NCBI GenBank assembly: GCA_937998875.1
Contig: CALLBO010000071.1
Location: 8,087-72,086, forward strand
Origin: an uncultured Granulosicoccaceae bacterium
Lineage (GTDB): Bacteria > Pseudomonadota > Gammaproteobacteria > Granulosicoccales > Granulosicoccaceae
DNA length: 64,000 nucleotides
Direction: 5' to 3'
Shown here piece by piece: positions 17,934 to 29,301 of this stretch. The notes beneath the pieces are model-generated. The model had not been told where the DNA came from. It did not search any database and saw nothing but the letters and a program-made list of their open reading frames with translations. The position numbers were made by a program, and so were the translations under genes. Each line of letters starts with the position of its first letter. Position 1 is the stretch's first letter.

Positions 17934-18539
17934 CTATCTCGCAGCGTACACCGCACTTTCAGTGACGACTTTATGCAAAGGGATATCCCACGGTTGGGGA
18001 GTCAGAGAAGGTTCCTTCTGACAATCGTGCGCCACACCAATAAGGATCGGTCGGGCCACAGGATTCGCTGAGCGTCGGGTAAACTCAAAAGTTCTGTCGT
18101 AGTACCCGCCACCCTGGCCTATCCGGTTACAGAACGCATCAAACACCACCAGCGGGCTTAACACCAGATCAAGGCTAGATGGATCAATCCAGTCTGACTC
18201 CGAACAGTCCGGCTCGAGCAGCCCGAATTTCTTTTTTTGCAAAGGTGCGTCGGGATGCCAAGGTGCAAACGCCATTGCATCACCGCGCAGCACCGGAAGA
18301 TAAAATTGTTTACCTGCAATTGCACCACTGCGAATAACAGGCTCTACACTGATTTCACCCAATATCGCAATATAGGCTGCAATGTGATCCGCTGATTGAT
18401 ACTCCGGCAACTCAACGAGTTTATTCTCTAGTTTTATCGCATGTTCCTGCAGTACATCGTCGCTAAGCTCACGTCTCAGGTTCCTGTGCTTATTACGCAA
18501 ACTATTGATTTCAATTTTCAGCTGTTCTTCGCTACTCAT
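17934..18539 (-). CDS. 5-formyltetrahydrofolate cyclo-ligase
   Basis: 201 aa. Contains GQGGGYYDR and the LPVL... motifs of the MTHFS/YgfA family. Confidence 0.85.
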   Translation of the reverse strand: MSSEEQLKIEINSLRNKHRNLRRELSDDVLQEHAIKLENKLVELPEYQSADHIAAYIAILGEISVEPVIRSGAIAGKQFYLPVLRGDAMAFAPWHPDAPLQKKKFGLLEPDCSESDWIDPSSLDLVLSPLVVFDAFCNRIGQGGGYYDRTFEFTRRSANPVARPILIGVAHDCQKEPSLTPQPWDIPLHKVVTESAVYAAR

Positions 18540-18544
18540 CGGCT

Positions 18545-19855
18545 TTACTTACTATCAATTATTCGTATGATGCTGCTTTCGTGATCAACACCGGGTGGTA
18601 CCTCAAATTGCTGAGGGTCCATCAGATATTGTCCTAGATTAGCGTAGATAAAAAGCCGGTGGTTAAAATACTTATGACGGCTGCTCTCATATATGTCATC
18701 AACATAGCTGTTGAGATCGGTCAGCTCAGCGCTGCGCTCAGCAACGTAACGCTCGGCAGAATTACCTAGCGCCAGTAAAGACAACAGAGTAATTACTCCA
18801 CCCACAAAGCAGAGTGCGGTCCAGCTATTCACCAGCCATCGCGGCATCTCAACCTGTAACAGCAACAGCAACAACGCGACAATAAGAAAGCGTTCACCCA
18901 GATTCACCACACCGAAAGTATTACTGCCTGCGATCAGCCACATTACGAGCAGTATCGCAACTGATATCAATACAGCAGACGGCCCGGAATCAAAATTACT
19001 AACGGTCTTTCTGCGCAGTAGCATCCAGGCAATGCTTAAAAACCAGCAGCCAATCAGAATCGCAACTACGAAATTTACACCGAAGCCGATCAGGTAGATT
19101 GCATGGAGATCTGCCAGAAAACTCTGCCCGTCAGGCTGTATTAGATTATGAAACGGTCCCTGTTTTGCCAGTGTGTATATCTTATACTGCAACCACTGCA
19201 TCCATGAGCCAACACCGGTGTTAAAACCATCGTTTGCCATGATCTTCACACTGCTATACCAAAACAACATAGCGACTGATGGCATTAACGCCACAAATGC
19301 TGTCACTCTGCGTTGATCTAATAACTCATACAAAACGACATAAATAATAAAACCGGCAAAAACCGACGCGTGTGAAAAATACAGTAGCACCGAAAACAGT
19401 AGTATCCACAAAACGCTGCTACGCGCATTGACAATTACAAACAGCGCCAGTAACAGCACACCAAACTGAAAATTGATGTAGCCGTTAAAAAAACCCGGTC
19501 CAAAAGCAATTATCAACAGGAAGAGCAGTTGCCTGGCTCCGCCTGTGCTTTGCCTCTCGATGGAAGTATCCCGCCGGCGGGTGGCAGCAACTGAGGTTAC
19601 AAGCGCCAGCAACAAATAGACGGCCAGCCAGATCTTGCCTGCCCATATCGGAGAGACAACAATATTTAACAGCGCTATCGCTATCTGGGTAATCGCATTG
19701 GGGACCGGCACCGGTACTACTTCGTACAGGCCCATATAAGTCGATTCACCAGATAACAATGACCAGAATATATGCCCCTGATACATCCATTCAGGGTAAT
19801 CATGTAAAACCGGAAACGGCTGCCATACCAACAGCACCAGACCGACCATGGCCAC
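18545..19855 (-). CDS. polytopic membrane protein of unknown function
   Basis: 436 aa with at least 10 predicted hydrophobic helices. No diagnostic motif recognised. Confidence 0.5.
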   Translation of the reverse strand: MAMVGLVLLVWQPFPVLHDYPEWMYQGHIFWSLLSGESTYMGLYEVVPVPVPNAITQIAIALLNIVVSPIWAGKIWLAVYLLLALVTSVAATRRRDTSIERQSTGGARQLLFLLIIAFGPGFFNGYINFQFGVLLLALFVIVNARSSVLWILLFSVLLYFSHASVFAGFIIYVVLYELLDQRRVTAFVALMPSVAMLFWYSSVKIMANDGFNTGVGSWMQWLQYKIYTLAKQGPFHNLIQPDGQSFLADLHAIYLIGFGVNFVVAILIGCWFLSIAWMLLRRKTVSNFDSGPSAVLISVAILLVMWLIAGSNTFGVVNLGERFLIVALLLLLLQVEMPRWLVNSWTALCFVGGVITLLSLLALGNSAERYVAERSAELTDLNSYVDDIYESSRHKYFNHRLFIYANLGQYLMDPQQFEVPPGVDHESSIIRIIDSK

Positions 19856-19956
19856 AAATAGTACCGATGCCAGTCGCAGAGCAAATTGGATTGGAAGAGC
19901 AGAGTTTGAGATGGCTTACCTGCAGCCCGAATAAACGAGGGATGAATTACACCACC

Positions 19957-20853
19957 TTATAGCACAACGCGTTCCTCGCAAGCAGTTTCAGCCTTGAATC
20001 GATTCACCGATTCAGAACCCAGCAGCGCCAGTTTACGCTCAAGCCCCCAATGGTATCCGCCCAGCATTCCGTCCTCTCGAATCACACGGTGGCAGGGGAT
20101 CAGAACTGCAACCGGATTTTTTCCAACTGCACTGCCGACAGCACGACTGGCACCCGGACTGCCAACCGATTCTGCAAGCTGTTTATAACTCGTGCGACCA
20201 CCGACAGGGATGCGCAACAGTGCCTCCCATACCTTGATCTGGAACGGGGTACCTTTCACCAGTACAGATAAACCAGACCCGGATTTAGGCACCGCAGCCC
20301 GACCGCCGTCAAATATTTGATCACACAACTCCTGTGTCCGTTGCGGGTTGTTGTGATAGCTGGCAGCGGGGAGTCGATTGATCATACCCGCCAATGCACT
20401 TTCTTTGTCATTAGGGGTACAAAACTCCAGGCCTGACAAACCACGATCTGTCACACCAATAAGGCAAAGACCAAACGCGGTGTCATGGAAACCGTAATCC
20501 ACAACAAGCCCTCGGCCTTTTTGTTTGTATTCAGCAGGGGTAACTGACTCGAGTCGTACAAACAGTTCATTCAGTCTGGCAGGAGCGGATAAACCACTAT
20601 CAAGCGCGGCATCAATCACACTCATGTCAGAACGCAGACACTGCCTAGCATGATCCAGAGTCAGATACTGTAAAAACTGTTTTGGGGATACCCCCGCCCA
20701 GCGTTTGAACAAACGCTGAAAGTGCGCTTCGCTTAAATGCACCGAGTCGGCAATCTCGGCTAGATCCGGCTGGCTTTTATAGTTCGATGCTACGAAACGC
20801 ATAGCTTCTTCTATACGCTGGTAATCTCGCTCGGATGTGCTTGTTTGTCTCAT
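19957..20853 (-). CDS. AraC-type HTH fused to O6-alkylguanine-DNA alkyltransferase (Ada-like regulator/repair protein)
   Basis: AraC HTH (HLSEAHFQRLFKRWAGVSPKQF) plus the C-terminal IPCHRVI active site. Start taken at the internal Met (MRQTST...). Confidence 0.85.
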   Translation of the reverse strand: MRQTSTSERDYQRIEEAMRFVASNYKSQPDLAEIADSVHLSEAHFQRLFKRWAGVSPKQFLQYLTLDHARQCLRSDMSVIDAALDSGLSAPARLNELFVRLESVTPAEYKQKGRGLVVDYGFHDTAFGLCLIGVTDRGLSGLEFCTPNDKESALAGMINRLPAASYHNNPQRTQELCDQIFDGGRAAVPKSGSGLSVLVKGTPFQIKVWEALLRIPVGGRTSYKQLAESVGSPGASRAVGSAVGKNPVAVLIPCHRVIREDGMLGGYHWGLERKLALLGSESVNRFKAETACEERVVL

Positions 20854-20965
20854 AAGACTGAAACCCTGTTTTATGTCACCGGAGCAGTTTATCGACAACA
20901 CGGCCGCAATAGATAACGGATTCCTGCGCTATTGTTTTCTAGTGGGCTGTTTACTGGCGATTCAA

Positions 20966-21427
20966 TTATCCCGCTACATCTACGCGAAAAGCCGCCAGAA
21001 ACAGACAGACAGCGACAACAAAGCTCAGGTGCACTCGCATCTTAAGGTAGTCTGGCGACACGAAATCGGAGAGTAGCCAGCGATCAACAAATAACATTGC
21101 CACAATTGTCAGCCCCAAACCAAGGAGAGAAACCTTCAAACTAAAAAACATTAGTAACCAAGCCACCAACACGGGTATGACACTGTAGACAAATAACAGA
21201 TTTCTTTTACTGCTTGTGATTTGCAATGCCACACCCCAGTGTACCGCGCCAATAAAGCTGATAATAACCGCGGCATAGACAAGCAATGCACCGGCTGCGT
21301 CCGCAATGCCCAGGGTAGCCAGGTTAATCCCTGTTGCCTCACACGCCGACAGCACCACAAATGGGATTAACCCACCGTAGCCCAGTGCCTTTGCAAGTAG
21401 TGGGAAGGATTGTCTCTGTGTATTCAT
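20966..21427 (-). CDS. DUF3429-like small membrane protein
   Basis: 153 aa with 4-5 TM helices. Contains LGYGGLIPFV and GAVHWG motifs. Confidence 0.55.
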   Translation of the reverse strand: MNTQRQSFPLLAKALGYGGLIPFVVLSACEATGINLATLGIADAAGALLVYAAVIISFIGAVHWGVALQITSSKRNLLFVYSVIPVLVAWLLMFFSLKVSLLGLGLTIVAMLFVDRWLLSDFVSPDYLKMRVHLSFVVAVCLFLAAFRVDVAG

Positions 21428-21500
21428 CGTTACGTCTTAGACCATGTAATCCAGTAATATTAACGACACTCGCCGATGCCTGCTACCGACACAGCCATCT

Positions 21501-22412
21501 CTAACTGCTTGTACCAATCTGCCAGAATGAATTCACCAGCGGGTTATCAAGATTCTTCTTTAAAACGACCAGACCAACGTTATAGGGTGCCAATTCCGGC
21601 TTTACATTAATAATCCGGATTTTGTCTGCGAGTAAACTGTTGTCGAGAACAATTTTAGGCACAACGCCAACGCCGAGCCCGAGGCTCACCATGCTGACGA
21701 TTGCCTCGTTACCCGCCACCTGTGCATATATTCGCGGAGTCACCCCCAGATCTCTGAACCATTTGTTCACCCGTGTTCGCGCTATGCCGCCTTCGGACAG
21801 AATCATCGGCATTTCAGCCCAATCTTGTTTGTCGCGTGGTTGGTTGTAAAGAGCATTGGCCTTCGGTACAGACCCCAATACGGACTTTTCAGTCTCGCTG
21901 GCTGTTATAAACACCAGCGGGGATTTCGTTATCCCACTGAACACGACCCCGCGTGGAGGGCTATCCGGCAACGCTGCTATCGCAATCTCCTCATGGCCGG
22001 CAACCACCCTGCTAATAGCAAGTTCCGGATCACCGGTGTGAAGCTTTATTTCTATTCCCGGGTAGTCAGATCGGAAACGGTTGAGCAAATCAAACAGAAT
22101 ACTGTGACTGGCTGTCACCGAACAATAAAGGCTGATTTCACCCTGCAGATCATCGTGATCATCTTTTAATTCGTGACAAATCGCTCGCCATTGAAGCGTT
22201 GCAGTCTTTGCGTACTGCAGAAATTGCTGACCCTTGTGTGTTAACGCAACCGCCCGGTTATCACGATCAAACAGGCGCACCCCGACTTCGGCTTCGAGTT
22301 GGCGGATGCTCCGCGACAACGCGGAAATACTGATATTGCAGGCAACACTCGCCTGACCGAAATGAAGATGATTAGCCAGGGCGAGGAAGTGAGCTAAAGA
22401 GCGAACGTTCAT
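21501..22412 (-). CDS. ilvY: LysR-family transcriptional regulator, IlvY-like
   Basis: N-terminal LysR HTH (MNVRSLAHFLALANHLHFGQAS). Divergent from ilvC, as in the enterobacterial ilvYC arrangement. Confidence 0.75.
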   Translation of the reverse strand: MNVRSLAHFLALANHLHFGQASVACNISISALSRSIRQLEAEVGVRLFDRDNRAVALTHKGQQFLQYAKTATLQWRAICHELKDDHDDLQGEISLYCSVTASHSILFDLLNRFRSDYPGIEIKLHTGDPELAISRVVAGHEEIAIAALPDSPPRGVVFSGITKSPLVFITASETEKSVLGSVPKANALYNQPRDKQDWAEMPMILSEGGIARTRVNKWFRDLGVTPRIYAQVAGNEAIVSMVSLGLGVGVVPKIVLDNSLLADKIRIINVKPELAPYNVGLVVLKKNLDNPLVNSFWQIGTSS

Positions 22413-22436
22413 GATTGGCGAATTATAAAACACTTC

Positions 22437-22475
22437 ATTGCAATTATTGAAATATTGCGTTGCATTTATTGCAAT
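22437..22475. promoter_or_regulatory. candidate IlvY operator: two ATTGCAAT palindromes flanking ATTGCGTTGCAT
   Basis: ATTGCAAT at 22437-22444 and 22468-22475, and a related box at 22454-22465, all in the ilvY-ilvC divergent region. Confidence 0.35.
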
Positions 22476-22572
22476 TTACGACACACAACTGCTTGGTTAC
22501 ACTGCCTCCCAATTGCCGTCACCGACACCCGGGACCGGTATTCCTCTACCCACTCCAGAACGGAGAATCGAC

Positions 22573-24048
22573 ATGTCCGAGAATTACTTCAACTCACTAT
22601 CGCTGCGAGAGCAGCTCGAGCAGCTCGGCAAGTGCCGATTCATGCACCTTGACGAATTCGGTGATGGCGTCGAGGCGCTGAAAGGCAAGAAAATGGTTGT
22701 CATCGGTTGTGGCGCACAGGGGCTTAATCAGGGTTTAAACCTGCGAGACAGCGGTCTCGATGTGTCATACACGCTTCGCGACGCTGCTATACAAGAACAA
22801 CGACAGTCCTGGAAGAATGCAACCGAGAATGGATTCACAGTAGGCACGTACGAAGAGTTGATTCCGACCGCAGACGTCGTGCTGAATCTAACGCCGGACA
22901 AACAACACACCGCTGTAGTCAACGCAGTGATGCCATTAATGAAAAAAGGTGCCTGCCTCTCCTACTCCCACGGATTTAATATAGTTGAAGAAGGGATGAA
23001 AATTCGTGATGACCTCACCGTCATTATGGTTGCACCTAAGTGCCCGGGCTCGGAAGTACGAGCTGAGTATGTGCGCGGCTTCGGCGTTCCAACGCTCATT
23101 GCTGTGCACGAAGACAACGACCCGAACGGTGAAGGTCTGGCTATTGCCAAAGCTTACGCTGTCGGTACTGGCGGCCACAAAGCCGGGGTTCTGATGTCAT
23201 CATTTATTGCCGAAGTTAAGTCTGATCTCATGGGCGAGCAGACAATCCTGTGCGGCATGCTGCAGACGGGTTCATTGCTTTGCTTCGATAAAATGATTGA
23301 AGAAGGTATTGATGCAGGTTACGCATCAAAGCTTATTCAGTACGGTTGGGAAACGGTTACTGAAGCACTGAAGTACGGCGGCGTTACCAATATGATGGAT
23401 CGATTATCAAACCCTGCAAAAATCAAGGCATTTGAACTTGCAGAAGAAATGAAAAACATCATGCGTCCTCTGTATAACAAACACCAGGACGATATCATGA
23501 CCGGTCATTTCTCAGCCACAATGATGGCAGACTGGGCTAACGATGATAAAGAACTACTCGGCTGGCGTGCAGACACCGCAGAATCCGCATTCGAGAAGAC
23601 CCCGGCCGGTGATGTGGAAATCTCTGAGCAGGAGTACTTCGATCATGGAATCCTGATGGTGGCAATGGTCAAAGCCGGTGTTGAACTCGCATTTGAAACT
23701 ATGACCGCAGCCGGCATCATTGCAGACTCGGCCTACTATGAATCACTGCATGAAACACCGCTTATAGCTAACACCATTGCCCGCAAAAAACTGTTTGAAA
23801 TGAACTCTACCATCTCGGACACCGCGGAATACGGCTGCTACCTTTACAATCACGCCTGTGTGCCATTGTTAGGCGACTTCATGAAAAATATCAAAACTGA
23901 TGTTATCGGTGCGGGATTGCAGCTCAATGACGAAGGCGTTGACAATGCCCGCTTAATCGAAGTCAATGAAGCCATCAGATCTCACCCGGTAGAAGCCATT
24001 GGCGCTACGCTCAGGGGCTACATGTCTGATATGAAGAAAATCGTTTAA
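22573..24048 (+). CDS. ilvC: ketol-acid reductoisomerase, class II (long form)
   Basis: [15 protein letters not shown]... and [17 protein letters not shown] (NADPH site), ~491 aa. ATG at 22573 is preceded by GGAG. Confidence 0.95.
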   Translation: MSENYFNSLSLREQLEQLGKCRFMHLDEFGDGVEALKGKKMVVIGCGAQGLNQGLNLRDSGLDVSYTLRDAAIQEQRQSWKNATENGFTVGTYEELIPTADVVLNLTPDKQHTAVVNAVMPLMKKGACLSYSHGFNIVEEGMKIRDDLTVIMVAPKCPGSEVRAEYVRGFGVPTLIAVHEDNDPNGEGLAIAKAYAVGTGGHKAGVLMSSFIAEVKSDLMGEQTILCGMLQTGSLLCFDKMIEEGIDAGYASKLIQYGWETVTEALKYGGVTNMMDRLSNPAKIKAFELAEEMKNIMRPLYNKHQDDIMTGHFSATMMADWANDDKELLGWRADTAESAFEKTPAGDVEISEQEYFDHGILMVAMVKAGVELAFETMTAAGIIADSAYYESLHETPLIANTIARKKLFEMNSTISDTAEYGCYLYNHACVPLLGDFMKNIKTDVIGAGLQLNDEGVDNARLIEVNEAIRSHPVEAIGATLRGYMSDMKKIV

Positions 24049-24080
24049 CCCAGGCGTTAAAGGATATTACTCAACCTTGA

Positions 24081-24108
24081 GGCCGGTGACTGATACCGGC
24101 CTTTTTTT
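24081..24108 (+). terminator. rho-independent terminator of ilvC
   Basis: 7-bp stem ggccggt/accggcc with a 7-nt loop, followed by T7. Confidence 0.8.
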
Positions 24109-24134
24109 GGACTGGTCAATTTTCAAAAGACGTC

Positions 24135-25589
24135 ATGCCCCTGCCCTATTCCATCAGAGTAACCAATGCCACTGTCGAGTTTGACAAAGGTTTCGTTTGC
24201 AAACAGATTAACTGGGTGGTTCATCCGGAACACCACTGGTTGATCTGTGGCAACAATGGTTCCGGCAAATCCGCACTCGCAGCCATTCTGGCAGGCGCCG
24301 GCGAAGTTCAGATGGGCATTGTAAAAGACCTGCCACAACGCGTTGGCATAGTGTCATTTGAAGCGCAGCAGGAGTTGATTGAAGCAGAACGCCGCAAGGA
24401 CGATGCAGACATCATGGATGTCATTGCAGAGGGCACACCGGTTACAGAAATAATCGCAGCAGTGGCCAAAGACAAACCTCTGGCAGACGCCCTATGTGAA
24501 AAATTCGGCCTGACTCCACTGCTCGACAGAGCATTCAGAAAACTCTCTACCGGAGAATCACGCAAGGTCATGTTGATCCGCGCGCTGGCCTGCAAACCGG
24601 ATTTACTAATCCTTGATGAACCGTTTGAAGGACTTGATGTTGAAAGCCTGGCAGCACTGCAGTCACACTTAACCAACATTGCCGCAACCACCACAATGAT
24701 ACTGGTTTTAAATCGATTGGATCAGTGTCCCAACTTTATTAGTCATCTTGCCTACATGGATCAAGGCCAGCTGACGCAACAGGTATCTCGCAAGGAAACT
24801 GAAGCATGGCAGCAGTTGCATGGATTGCTGCATCTGAAAAAGTCCGAACTGAAAGTCCCGCCATCCGATGCAGACACCGCACTTCCACCGCTTGATCCTG
24901 ACGCGCCATTGGTTCGCATCACCAACGGCGCGATCAAGTATGGTGATACGGTTATATTTGAAAATCTTAACTGGACAATAAATCAAGGCGAGCACTGGCA
25001 ACTAACTGGTCCTAACGGTTGTGGGAAAACAGCTTTGTTATCACTGATCACCGGTGATCATCCACAATGCTACATTAACGATATATTCGTATTCGGGTTT
25101 CACCGCGGCAGCGGTGAGAGTATCTGGCAGATCAAACAATTTATCGGCTACGTGTCCACCGCCTTGCAATGGGAATATACCGTTGGCACCAGTCTACGTA
25201 ACGTAATAATCTCCGGCTTCTATGACAGTATCGGTTTATACAGCAAGCCGACAGACAATCAGCGTAAGCTCGCTGATGAATGGCTGGAGGTACTGGGAAT
25301 GAAGGCACGCGCTGATGAAACGTTCGCCAGTCAATCCTATGGGGATCAGCGCCTGTTGTTGATTGCACGATCAATGGTTAAACACCCACCCCTGTTAATA
25401 CTGGATGAGCCATGCCTGGGCCTCGATGATATGAACAGACAACGCGTACTCGCTTTAATAGAGCTTATCTGTGAGCGCAGCGACTCGACTGTTTTATATG
25501 TCAATCATCACGCAGAGGATCGAATAAGCGGCATTGAAAATTACCTGGCTCTCGGCGACTTAAGCAATGCCAGCAATCAAGGCTCCTGA
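24135..25589 (+). CDS. tandem-ATPase ABC protein without a membrane domain, ModF-like
   Basis: Two Walker A motifs (GNNGSGKS and GPNGCGKT), two signature/Walker B contexts (LSTGESRK..LILDEP and QSYGDQRL..LILDEP), 484 aa. Confidence 0.75.
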   Translation: MPLPYSIRVTNATVEFDKGFVCKQINWVVHPEHHWLICGNNGSGKSALAAILAGAGEVQMGIVKDLPQRVGIVSFEAQQELIEAERRKDDADIMDVIAEGTPVTEIIAAVAKDKPLADALCEKFGLTPLLDRAFRKLSTGESRKVMLIRALACKPDLLILDEPFEGLDVESLAALQSHLTNIAATTTMILVLNRLDQCPNFISHLAYMDQGQLTQQVSRKETEAWQQLHGLLHLKKSELKVPPSDADTALPPLDPDAPLVRITNGAIKYGDTVIFENLNWTINQGEHWQLTGPNGCGKTALLSLITGDHPQCYINDIFVFGFHRGSGESIWQIKQFIGYVSTALQWEYTVGTSLRNVIISGFYDSIGLYSKPTDNQRKLADEWLEVLGMKARADETFASQSYGDQRLLLIARSMVKHPPLLILDEPCLGLDDMNRQRVLALIELICERSDSTVLYVNHHAEDRISGIENYLALGDLSNASNQGS

Positions 25590-26095
25590 TCAACCGACCG
25601 CTACCTTAGCATTTAGCGTAGCGAGAGCTCGAGACTGAGCCCAAGATAGTTTATTCCATCCGTGCTATCGGCAAACAGTCCGAACGCGGAAGAGCGGTGC
25701 CAGATACTGTAACCGAGGTAGACGTCTTCTACACCAGGTGAGAATTTTCCGTCTGGTACACCCAACAGATAATTCACCGAAATCTGCAATGAATAATCCA
25801 TGTAGTAAATCAGTTTTCGTGATTGATAAGGTGCGAACTCTCCAACTAAAGCAGCATCAATCCGTGATTTGACATGACAGCTTAAATTGAACCTGATCTC
25901 AAAGAAAGCAAACTACTATAAACTAGCCGGTTTGATTCTTGAGAAGCAAGCGTAGCGTGCGGGGCAGCTACTGCAACAACAAGGATTTCACAGCGAATTC
26001 TATTAATGCATCTCTTGCTTTATATGGATCATATTTATGGCTCTGGCGTCCTGAAATTCACAAGTGAATAAATTCGCTGCTGATAATCAGAAATA

Positions 26096-27247
26096 CTATG
26101 TCGCCGTGACGATACGGTTCCGATAAACAAACATCATGGAAACTACAGAAACACACGCCATCGCAATTACCGCACTGGCAGCCATCCAGAAATTCTCAGC
26201 ACCACCGAGTGCTATTATAATTGCACTCGCAATGCCGCCTGTCGCCATCTGCCACGCCCCTACAATGCCGGTACCTGTACCGCGATGTGTACCGGATGCA
26301 GAGATTGCACCGACAGTAGTATTGGCAATAACAATTCCGTTGGCAAACCCGAACAAACAACAAGGCAGTGCAAGTGAAAGCGCATGGGTAAAGCCCATTT
26401 TCTGGGTGGCAAACATAGCGATGCCTGACAGTAAGCCCAGCAGGCAACCGATTAGTGCTGCCCGCTCGATACCTTTCTGAACAAACCAGTTCCGATTAAA
26501 TGTATTTCCCAGAAGATAAAACAAGGGAGTCAGAGCAAACCACATCCCGAACTCTGATGCTGTATATCCATTTCTTTGATATTGATAGGCCAGAAAGCTG
26601 TTGAGACAGAAAAACATACCAACCTGCATACCACTGGCCAGCGTCCAACAAACGAATAGCGGATTGCCTAATACTGAGCCGTATGCTTCATATAGTGTTT
26701 TTACATTAATACTGTCCAGTTTTTTCTGGTTAGTCTCTCTGGCCACACGCCAGGTACATAACAACAACAGTAATCCACCAATCACCAGAATCACAATCGT
26801 GCTTTTCCAGCCAACTCGTTCCGCAAACCAACCGGAGAATGCCAATGACAACGCCGGTGCGACAGACAGCACCATACTGATGGTCGACATCTGTCTTGCC
26901 GCCTCAGTTCTTGCAAACGCATCATTAACCATTGCACGAGCCATAGCCATGCAGGCAGCAGCACCAAAACCTTGCAGCCACCTGAATGCGATCAGCCACC
27001 TGATTTCAGTCAGTAACATCACTGCAATGCCACCAATCACAAATAACGCTGCACCTATAAATAACACAGGACGTCTGCCATGGCGGTCTGATAACGGCCC
27101 CCATATCAGCTGACCAAGCGCTAACGCGAGGAGATAGCCGGAAAACATCTGTTGTACCGACGCACTCGATACATCCAGATCTTCTGTTATTAGAGGCAGG
27201 ATAGGCGTCAATACAGTTAAGCCGACAACACCAACTGCCGAACACAA
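26096..27247 (-). CDS. MFS drug efflux transporter, Bcr/CflA-like
   Basis: 12-TM profile with GPLSDRHGRRPVL (MFS motif A). The TTG start is uncertain because the frame stays open upstream. Confidence 0.75.
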   Translation of the reverse strand: MCSAVGVVGLTVLTPILPLITEDLDVSSASVQQMFSGYLLALALGQLIWGPLSDRHGRRPVLFIGAALFVIGGIAVMLLTEIRWLIAFRWLQGFGAAACMAMARAMVNDAFARTEAARQMSTISMVLSVAPALSLAFSGWFAERVGWKSTIVILVIGGLLLLLCTWRVARETNQKKLDSINVKTLYEAYGSVLGNPLFVCWTLASGMQVGMFFCLNSFLAYQYQRNGYTASEFGMWFALTPLFYLLGNTFNRNWFVQKGIERAALIGCLLGLLSGIAMFATQKMGFTHALSLALPCCLFGFANGIVIANTTVGAISASGTHRGTGTGIVGAWQMATGGIASAIIIALGGAENFWMAASAVIAMACVSVVSMMFVYRNRIVTAT

Positions 27248-27447
27248 AGCGAGAAACCAAACCGGTGGCGCATAGTCAGGGGATGTAGCCGCAGAGTCAG
27301 CAGTCAGGCCGGGTTGCTCCGGCTTCCGGATTGACGATACAGAGGTTTTAATCAGCGTTGTCCATACGGATTGCCCAATAAAAGTGAACCAGTGGAAGTG
27401 AACCGGTAGACGTGCGCCGGCGCAGTGAGACGGAAAGTCCGCCAGTA

Positions 27448-28401
27448 TTATTGTCGGTGATGCAGGATACGCCCGATCACATTCATAAGCACCTGTGCCG
27501 CAAGGGTACTGGTAGAACTTGTCGGATCATAATCCGGAGCCACTTCAACGAGATCAAGCCCGACGATACTCCCACGCTTGCAAAGTCCATCAAGCAGTTC
27601 AAGAATTTCATAATAATAAAACCCGCCATGGCTCGGCGTTCCGGTTCCCGGTGCAATTGATGGATCAAAAGCATCGATATCAATCGTAATATAGTACCGA
27701 ACCCCCTCAGGTATCCGCGCGAGCATGCCTTCAACACCGAGTTTGCGAAACTGCCTTACCGACTGAATATCTGAACCCATCCTGCGCGCATCTTCATAAC
27801 CGTCTTTGGCGGTTGACGATACATTGCGAATCCCGATCTGGCTGAGTCCGGTTACATAGTCCTTCTCTGCTGCACGTCGCATGGGATTACCATGACCGTA
27901 CTTCACACCATGTCTTTCATCAACAAAATCGAGATGTGCATCAATCTGTACCAAATGAAACGGTTCTTCATTAGAAAAGGCGTTAATACACGGAATATTT
28001 ACCGAGTGATCGCCACCCATGACCACCGGGATCGCCCCGGCTTGCAGAATTTTACGCACCCCGAACTCAACATTCGCATGACTCTTCATGGTGTCTGTGT
28101 GGATAATATCGGCATCACCAATGTCTACAATACGCGTCTTGTCTGCTGGTAAATAGACAATGTCATCCTCGTGGTCATAGGCACCGGCGTGGCCGAACGA
28201 AAACAGAGTGGATGCCTCACGGATACCACGTGGCCCCATACGCGCACCGGATCGCCACTGGCATCCAAAATCAAATGGCGCACCAAGAACAGCCACATCT
28301 GCATCTATCGCATCCCAGTCTGATACGTAGTGATACTTGCCAAAGGTGCAGATACCAACAAACGGCAGATCGAGTCTGCCTTCTTCATAGCCATGCGCCA
28401 C
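27448..28401 (-). CDS. ureohydrolase of the agmatinase/guanidino-acid hydrolase family
   Basis: Contains the GGDHS, DAHLD and DIDAFDP Mn-binding motifs of the arginase fold. Confidence 0.85.
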   Translation of the reverse strand: MAHGYEEGRLDLPFVGICTFGKYHYVSDWDAIDADVAVLGAPFDFGCQWRSGARMGPRGIREASTLFSFGHAGAYDHEDDIVYLPADKTRIVDIGDADIIHTDTMKSHANVEFGVRKILQAGAIPVVMGGDHSVNIPCINAFSNEEPFHLVQIDAHLDFVDERHGVKYGHGNPMRRAAEKDYVTGLSQIGIRNVSSTAKDGYEDARRMGSDIQSVRQFRKLGVEGMLARIPEGVRYYITIDIDAFDPSIAPGTGTPSHGGFYYYEILELLDGLCKRGSIVGLDLVEVAPDYDPTSSTSTLAAQVLMNVIGRILHHRQ

Positions 28402-28632
28402 CAGATACCCTCACCGTTGTAATTTTAAAGCCGGAGTTTGCCACATTTAATTAGTCCGCGATATCTATTGCCGACCATCCAGCTCGCCTTGCGCGGGATA
28501 CGAATCAGACCATGACTACTATCAACGGCATGACAATTCAACAACGCGGATTGTATACAGTATTAAGTCTCACAGTGGTTGATTTTGTAAAGTATCCGCG
28601 GGAGCAGGCAAGCGTTAAAGCACAACACGCCA

Positions 28633-29301
28633 TTACACTTGCGGATCATCCTCACATAACCGCTCAGACACCGCGAGCAAAGCGGCCTGAACACGCGTCT
28701 GCACACCAAGCTTCTTTAAAACTGCTCTCACATGTAGTTTAACAGTGCCATCAACAATACCCAGCTCACTCGCAATATGCTTGTTGCTCTCCCCTCTCGC
28801 TATGTGCTTAAGAATATCCATTTCCCGTGGCGTCAGGTTGTAGGCATTCCTGCTACCAACATCACCCTTAACCACTGCCGCACGCGCCAACAGTCCAGTG
28901 AACTCCTGCGCTACAACTGTTTCACCTTCTTTAGCTTTATTGATCTGCTCAACAAGCTGATCGGGATCCATATCTTTCAACAGGTAACCAGCGGCGCCGA
29001 GCCTTAATGACTGCAACACATCTCCCTTATTGGTGCTGGTTGTTAGTATGATCACGCGCTGATCAGGTATTTGCTTATTGATCTGCTGCAACACTTCAAG
29101 ACCACCCACCTCCCCCATACGCAAATCAAGTAGTGTGATATCCGGTCTATGCGTCTGGATGAGATCGACAGATTCTCCCGGATCACTTGTCATACCCACT
29201 ACTTCAAGGCCGCGTCGTTCCAGCAATTCATATAAGCCGGTTCGAAACAACGTGTGATCATCTATTACAACCAGCCTGACATTACCCATGTGAATTTTCA
29301 C
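28633..29301 (-). CDS. NarL/LuxR-family response regulator
   Basis: REC domain (VIDDH...DITLLDLRM) plus a C-terminal LuxR HTH (LTPREMDILKHIARGESNKHIASEL). Confidence 0.85.
   Translation of the reverse strand: MKIHMGNVRLVVIDDHTLFRTGLYELLERRGLEVVGMTSDPGESVDLIQTHRPDITLLDLRMGEVGGLEVLQQINKQIPDQRVIILTTSTNKGDVLQSLRLGAAGYLLKDMDPDQLVEQINKAKEGETVVAQEFTGLLARAAVVKGDVGSRNAYNLTPREMDILKHIARGESNKHIASELGIVDGTVKLHVRAVLKKLGVQTRVQAALLAVSERLCEDDPQV

Noticed and set aside
22438-22572. 45-codon N-terminal extension of ilvC in the ORF track
   Set aside because: The extension runs through the ilvY-ilvC operator region. The canonical IlvC N-terminus MSENYFN starts at 22573 behind a GGAG.
25613-25897. Open minus-strand frame with an alternating-hydrophobic, beta-barrel-like C-terminus (…DVYLGYSIWHRSSAFGLFADSTDGINYLGLSLELSLR)
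   Set aside because: It could be a truncated outer-membrane-protein remnant. However, it has no signal peptide, no convincing start or RBS, and fewer than 95 open codons, which is too weak to call as a gene or pseudogene without a homology search.
27248-27447. The MFS (Bcr-like) reading frame stays open ~200 nt upstream of the TTG start, up to the agmatinase-family gene stop
   Set aside because: There is no ATG, GTG or TTG in that stretch, and the translated sequence is not membrane-like. It is most likely untranslated leader, although the exact start remains uncertain.
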